A stretch of DNA of 64,000 nt, from contig JALHMY010000003.1 in assembly GCA_022843805.1 (NCBI GenBank), positions 5,351 to 69,350 of the forward strand. The letters run 5' to 3'. The notes under the pieces are model-generated. The model had not been told where the DNA came from, ran no database searches, and was given only the letters and a program-made list of their open reading frames with translations. A program made the translations under genes and the position numbers. The DNA is from Fuerstiella sp. (GTDB lineage Bacteria; Planctomycetota; Planctomycetia; Planctomycetales; Planctomycetaceae). Every line of letters starts with the position of its first letter. The stretch's first letter is position 1. Shown one piece after another: positions 27,001 to 30,000 of this stretch.

Positions 27001-30000
27001 TCGAGGCTCGTTCCGGTAAACGCACTGTTCAGCGCATTCTGAATGGCAGTGGCCGTAATGCTGTCTTTGGTTCCAACGGTGATATCGCCGGTCGTCACGC
27101 CGTCAATGCGAAGGCGGAACTTAGTGCCAGCCGGTGAACTGGCTGGCGTCAGCTGAACCTGCTGAATTTCCTGTTTACCCGAATTCTCAAACGTGAACTC
27201 CATTGCACGACTGACGTTACTAAAATCCAGCGTCAGCTTGTGACCATTCGCAGTCAGCACGCCGGAGTCAATTTTCAGTTCACCAAAGTCACGATACGCC
27301 GCTGGAAGCAGTGCCTGTTTGGCCACTTTTCCAATGGAATTGATGATCTCATTGCCGAAATACAGCGTGTTATCTGAATTCGAAACAACGATTGTTTCGA
27401 TGGCGTCCAGTCCGCCTCCGCTTTGACCGTCCTGAATGGTCGTCACCGTGGAAGTGACCGCTCCCGCTGTCGTCAGACCTGCGGCATCGACAGTGATATC
27501 TGCAACATCCTTATCTTCCGGACCGCTAAACGTGAGATCAAAAGTCTGACTTCCGGCGTTGCCGGTTCCCTTCACCGACACTTTGAATTTAGAAACACTG
27601 AACGTGCTTTGACGTACTGCTTCCACAGCCGCATCAATGGCCGCTGCAGTGACGGCCGGATCGTTATCCCATGGTATTGCGGCCGTCTGGCGGGAACCAA
27701 TGCTCAGTACAAAGGAGCCTCCAGTGACACCCGACAATGCGATTCGCTGAACTTCCGCACCAGATTGTCCCTGTTGCAGATTGAACGAACCGGTCGCATA
27801 GGTCAGTGCGGGCGAAACAATGCTGACAGCCGATACATTCACGGCTGCCGGGCTGGTGAACTCAACCTTAAAAATTCCCAGTCCGGTCGTGACAACGGTC
27901 GCAGCAGCTCCCGTCGCATCGATCGCCGACTTGATTCGTGCAGCGGTCGTCTGAGGATTGCTGTCCACCTGAATGCTCAGGGTGGACCTGGGAGATCCAT
28001 TATTGAAGGACAGCTCAAAACTGCCGCCACTGGCCATGCCCAGATTAAACTGCCAGATCGCATTCTTTCCGGCTCCACCCGTCTGGATTTGAACAGGCGC
28101 GGCCGGACTATCCCATACGAGCCCTGTAGTATTCAGTGTCAGCTGGGCAACATCAGTCCGGGCCGGCTTCAGGAACTCGATGTTAAATGTACTGACTGAT
28201 CCAACGATGACCTTAACAGAATCGGCACCCATGGCGTTGTTTAACGCGGCCTGAATATTCAGAGCGGTTGCTGCGTCATCAGCACCAACAGTAACTGTGC
28301 GACTAAAGTTCAGACTGTTCGCGACATCGGCAAGACTCAGAATAAACGTAGAGCCAATGCGAGCGCCAGCCAGAGAGATGGCCTGCTGCTCATTAATGCT
28401 GCCAGCTTTCACAACATTCAGCACATCGCCGCCACTAAAGCTGCCGGTAACATTATTGAAGCCGGTGAAATATCCCGGCCGGTTCTGCAGCGTGAGTGTG
28501 CCGTTGCCGGCAATGAGCCTTCCGTTGCTGAAGACAAAGCTCAGATTACTGGTCACCTGCGAAAGGTCGATCGTGTCACTGCCCCCTCCGGTTCCTTCAA
28601 TGACCGTTTCGCTGCCCCAGCCGTTCAGCAGGATATAAGTGTCATCATTCAAGCCCCCAATCAGCGTATCTGTCCCGGCGCCGCCCGTCAGAATATCTTT
28701 GCCAGTTCCGCCCTGCAGGTTATCGTCGCCTGCGCCACCGTCCAGACGATCATCGCCCGCATCGCCTTTGATCGTATCTGTGCCGCTGCCACCCAGAAGA
28801 TTGTCATTGCCCGCGCCTCCGCTGAGCGAATTTGCTCCTTCACCGCCGCTGATGCTGTCATTGCCCGGGCCGCCGGAGAGTATGTCGTTGCCCGCCGCCC
28901 CCGCGAGAATATCATCGCCCGCATCGCCACTGATGGTGGAATTCCCGGCGCCCGTATAGATCGTGTCGCGACCCGTGCCGCCGTTTGCCGTGCTTCCGCC
29001 GATCAGCACCATTTCCTTTTGTGCCGGGCCGGCAAGAATACTGTGCAGTGAATCAAACCCATTCAGACCGAACGGTGCCTCTCCTGCCTGAGTGGTTGTG
29101 ACAACCGCCGATCCACCGGGGAGCGTCTGGTCCGCGGCTGTTCTCAGTAATGCGGAATCGACCGTGAACTGGGGATGATTGGCCTGAATGGCGAATGTAA
29201 TCGTCCATTGAGTGTTTCCGTTGGCGACAACGGAGAATAACCCCGGACCCGCCAGTGCATTCAATGCAGTCTGAATATTATCGCGGGTTGCTGCACCGGT
29301 TGCTCCAAACAATATCGGCGCACTGCGGAGACTTCCCAGTGATAATGTGAAGCTGCCGCTGGCAGCATTATTAATTGTCAGCGTCTGAATTTCGTTCTTT
29401 GCTGCGGGCGCAGCGGAAAGATTCAGGCCAGTCGCCACTTTGGCCGTCGTATCAACGACAATCGGGACCGTCCCGCTGTAGTCGCCATAGTCCAGAACGT
29501 TCCTGCCACCCACACCAGCAGAAATCGTTCCTCTTAGCGCATTTTCGCTGTTAACTCGCCATGTATTAATTCCCTTTCCGCCCACAATACTGGCAATGCC
29601 GGTGGCTTTGACCTCATACGTGTGGGTCTTTGCGGAATTACCGCTCCCCTTCAGAACTCGCGCGGTGACCGTCACACTTCCGCCAGCTTCCAGCACGAAA
29701 TCCAGATTATGAGTGACACTGCTGAAGTCCAGAGTTCCTTTGGTGTTCCCGGATGCAGTGTCATCGACAATGAATGTCGTTTTTGGCTTTGCATCTGTTG
29801 ATGGAAGAAAGCCCCAGTCATCATGGAAGCGGTAAAGATTGGTCTGGTTTCCGCCAATCAGCTTTTCAATGTAGCGAGCGTTCTCCACCTTATTCCATGA
29901 CGAAGTTGTGCCGACAATCTGTACTCCCGCAGGACCAGATGTTGCCACGCTGGAATAGATATTTGCAGTGATCGCATAGGGCGCTGGACGGTTAAAGCTG

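Noticed and set aside
9400-28619. Periodic DNA as a CRISPR array, satellite, or diversity-generating retroelement target
   Set aside because: The period is ~290-300 bp, the copies are strongly diverged, and all lie in one open coding frame. There are no spacer-like unique inserts, no cas genes and no reverse transcriptase in the window.
28639-28959. Pro/Ser-rich plus-strand ORF (106 aa) and the MAMRAM... minus-strand ORF 28688-28930
   Set aside because: Both are off-frame readings of the GGxGxD repeat DNA. The true frame gives canonical Ca-binding nonapeptides.
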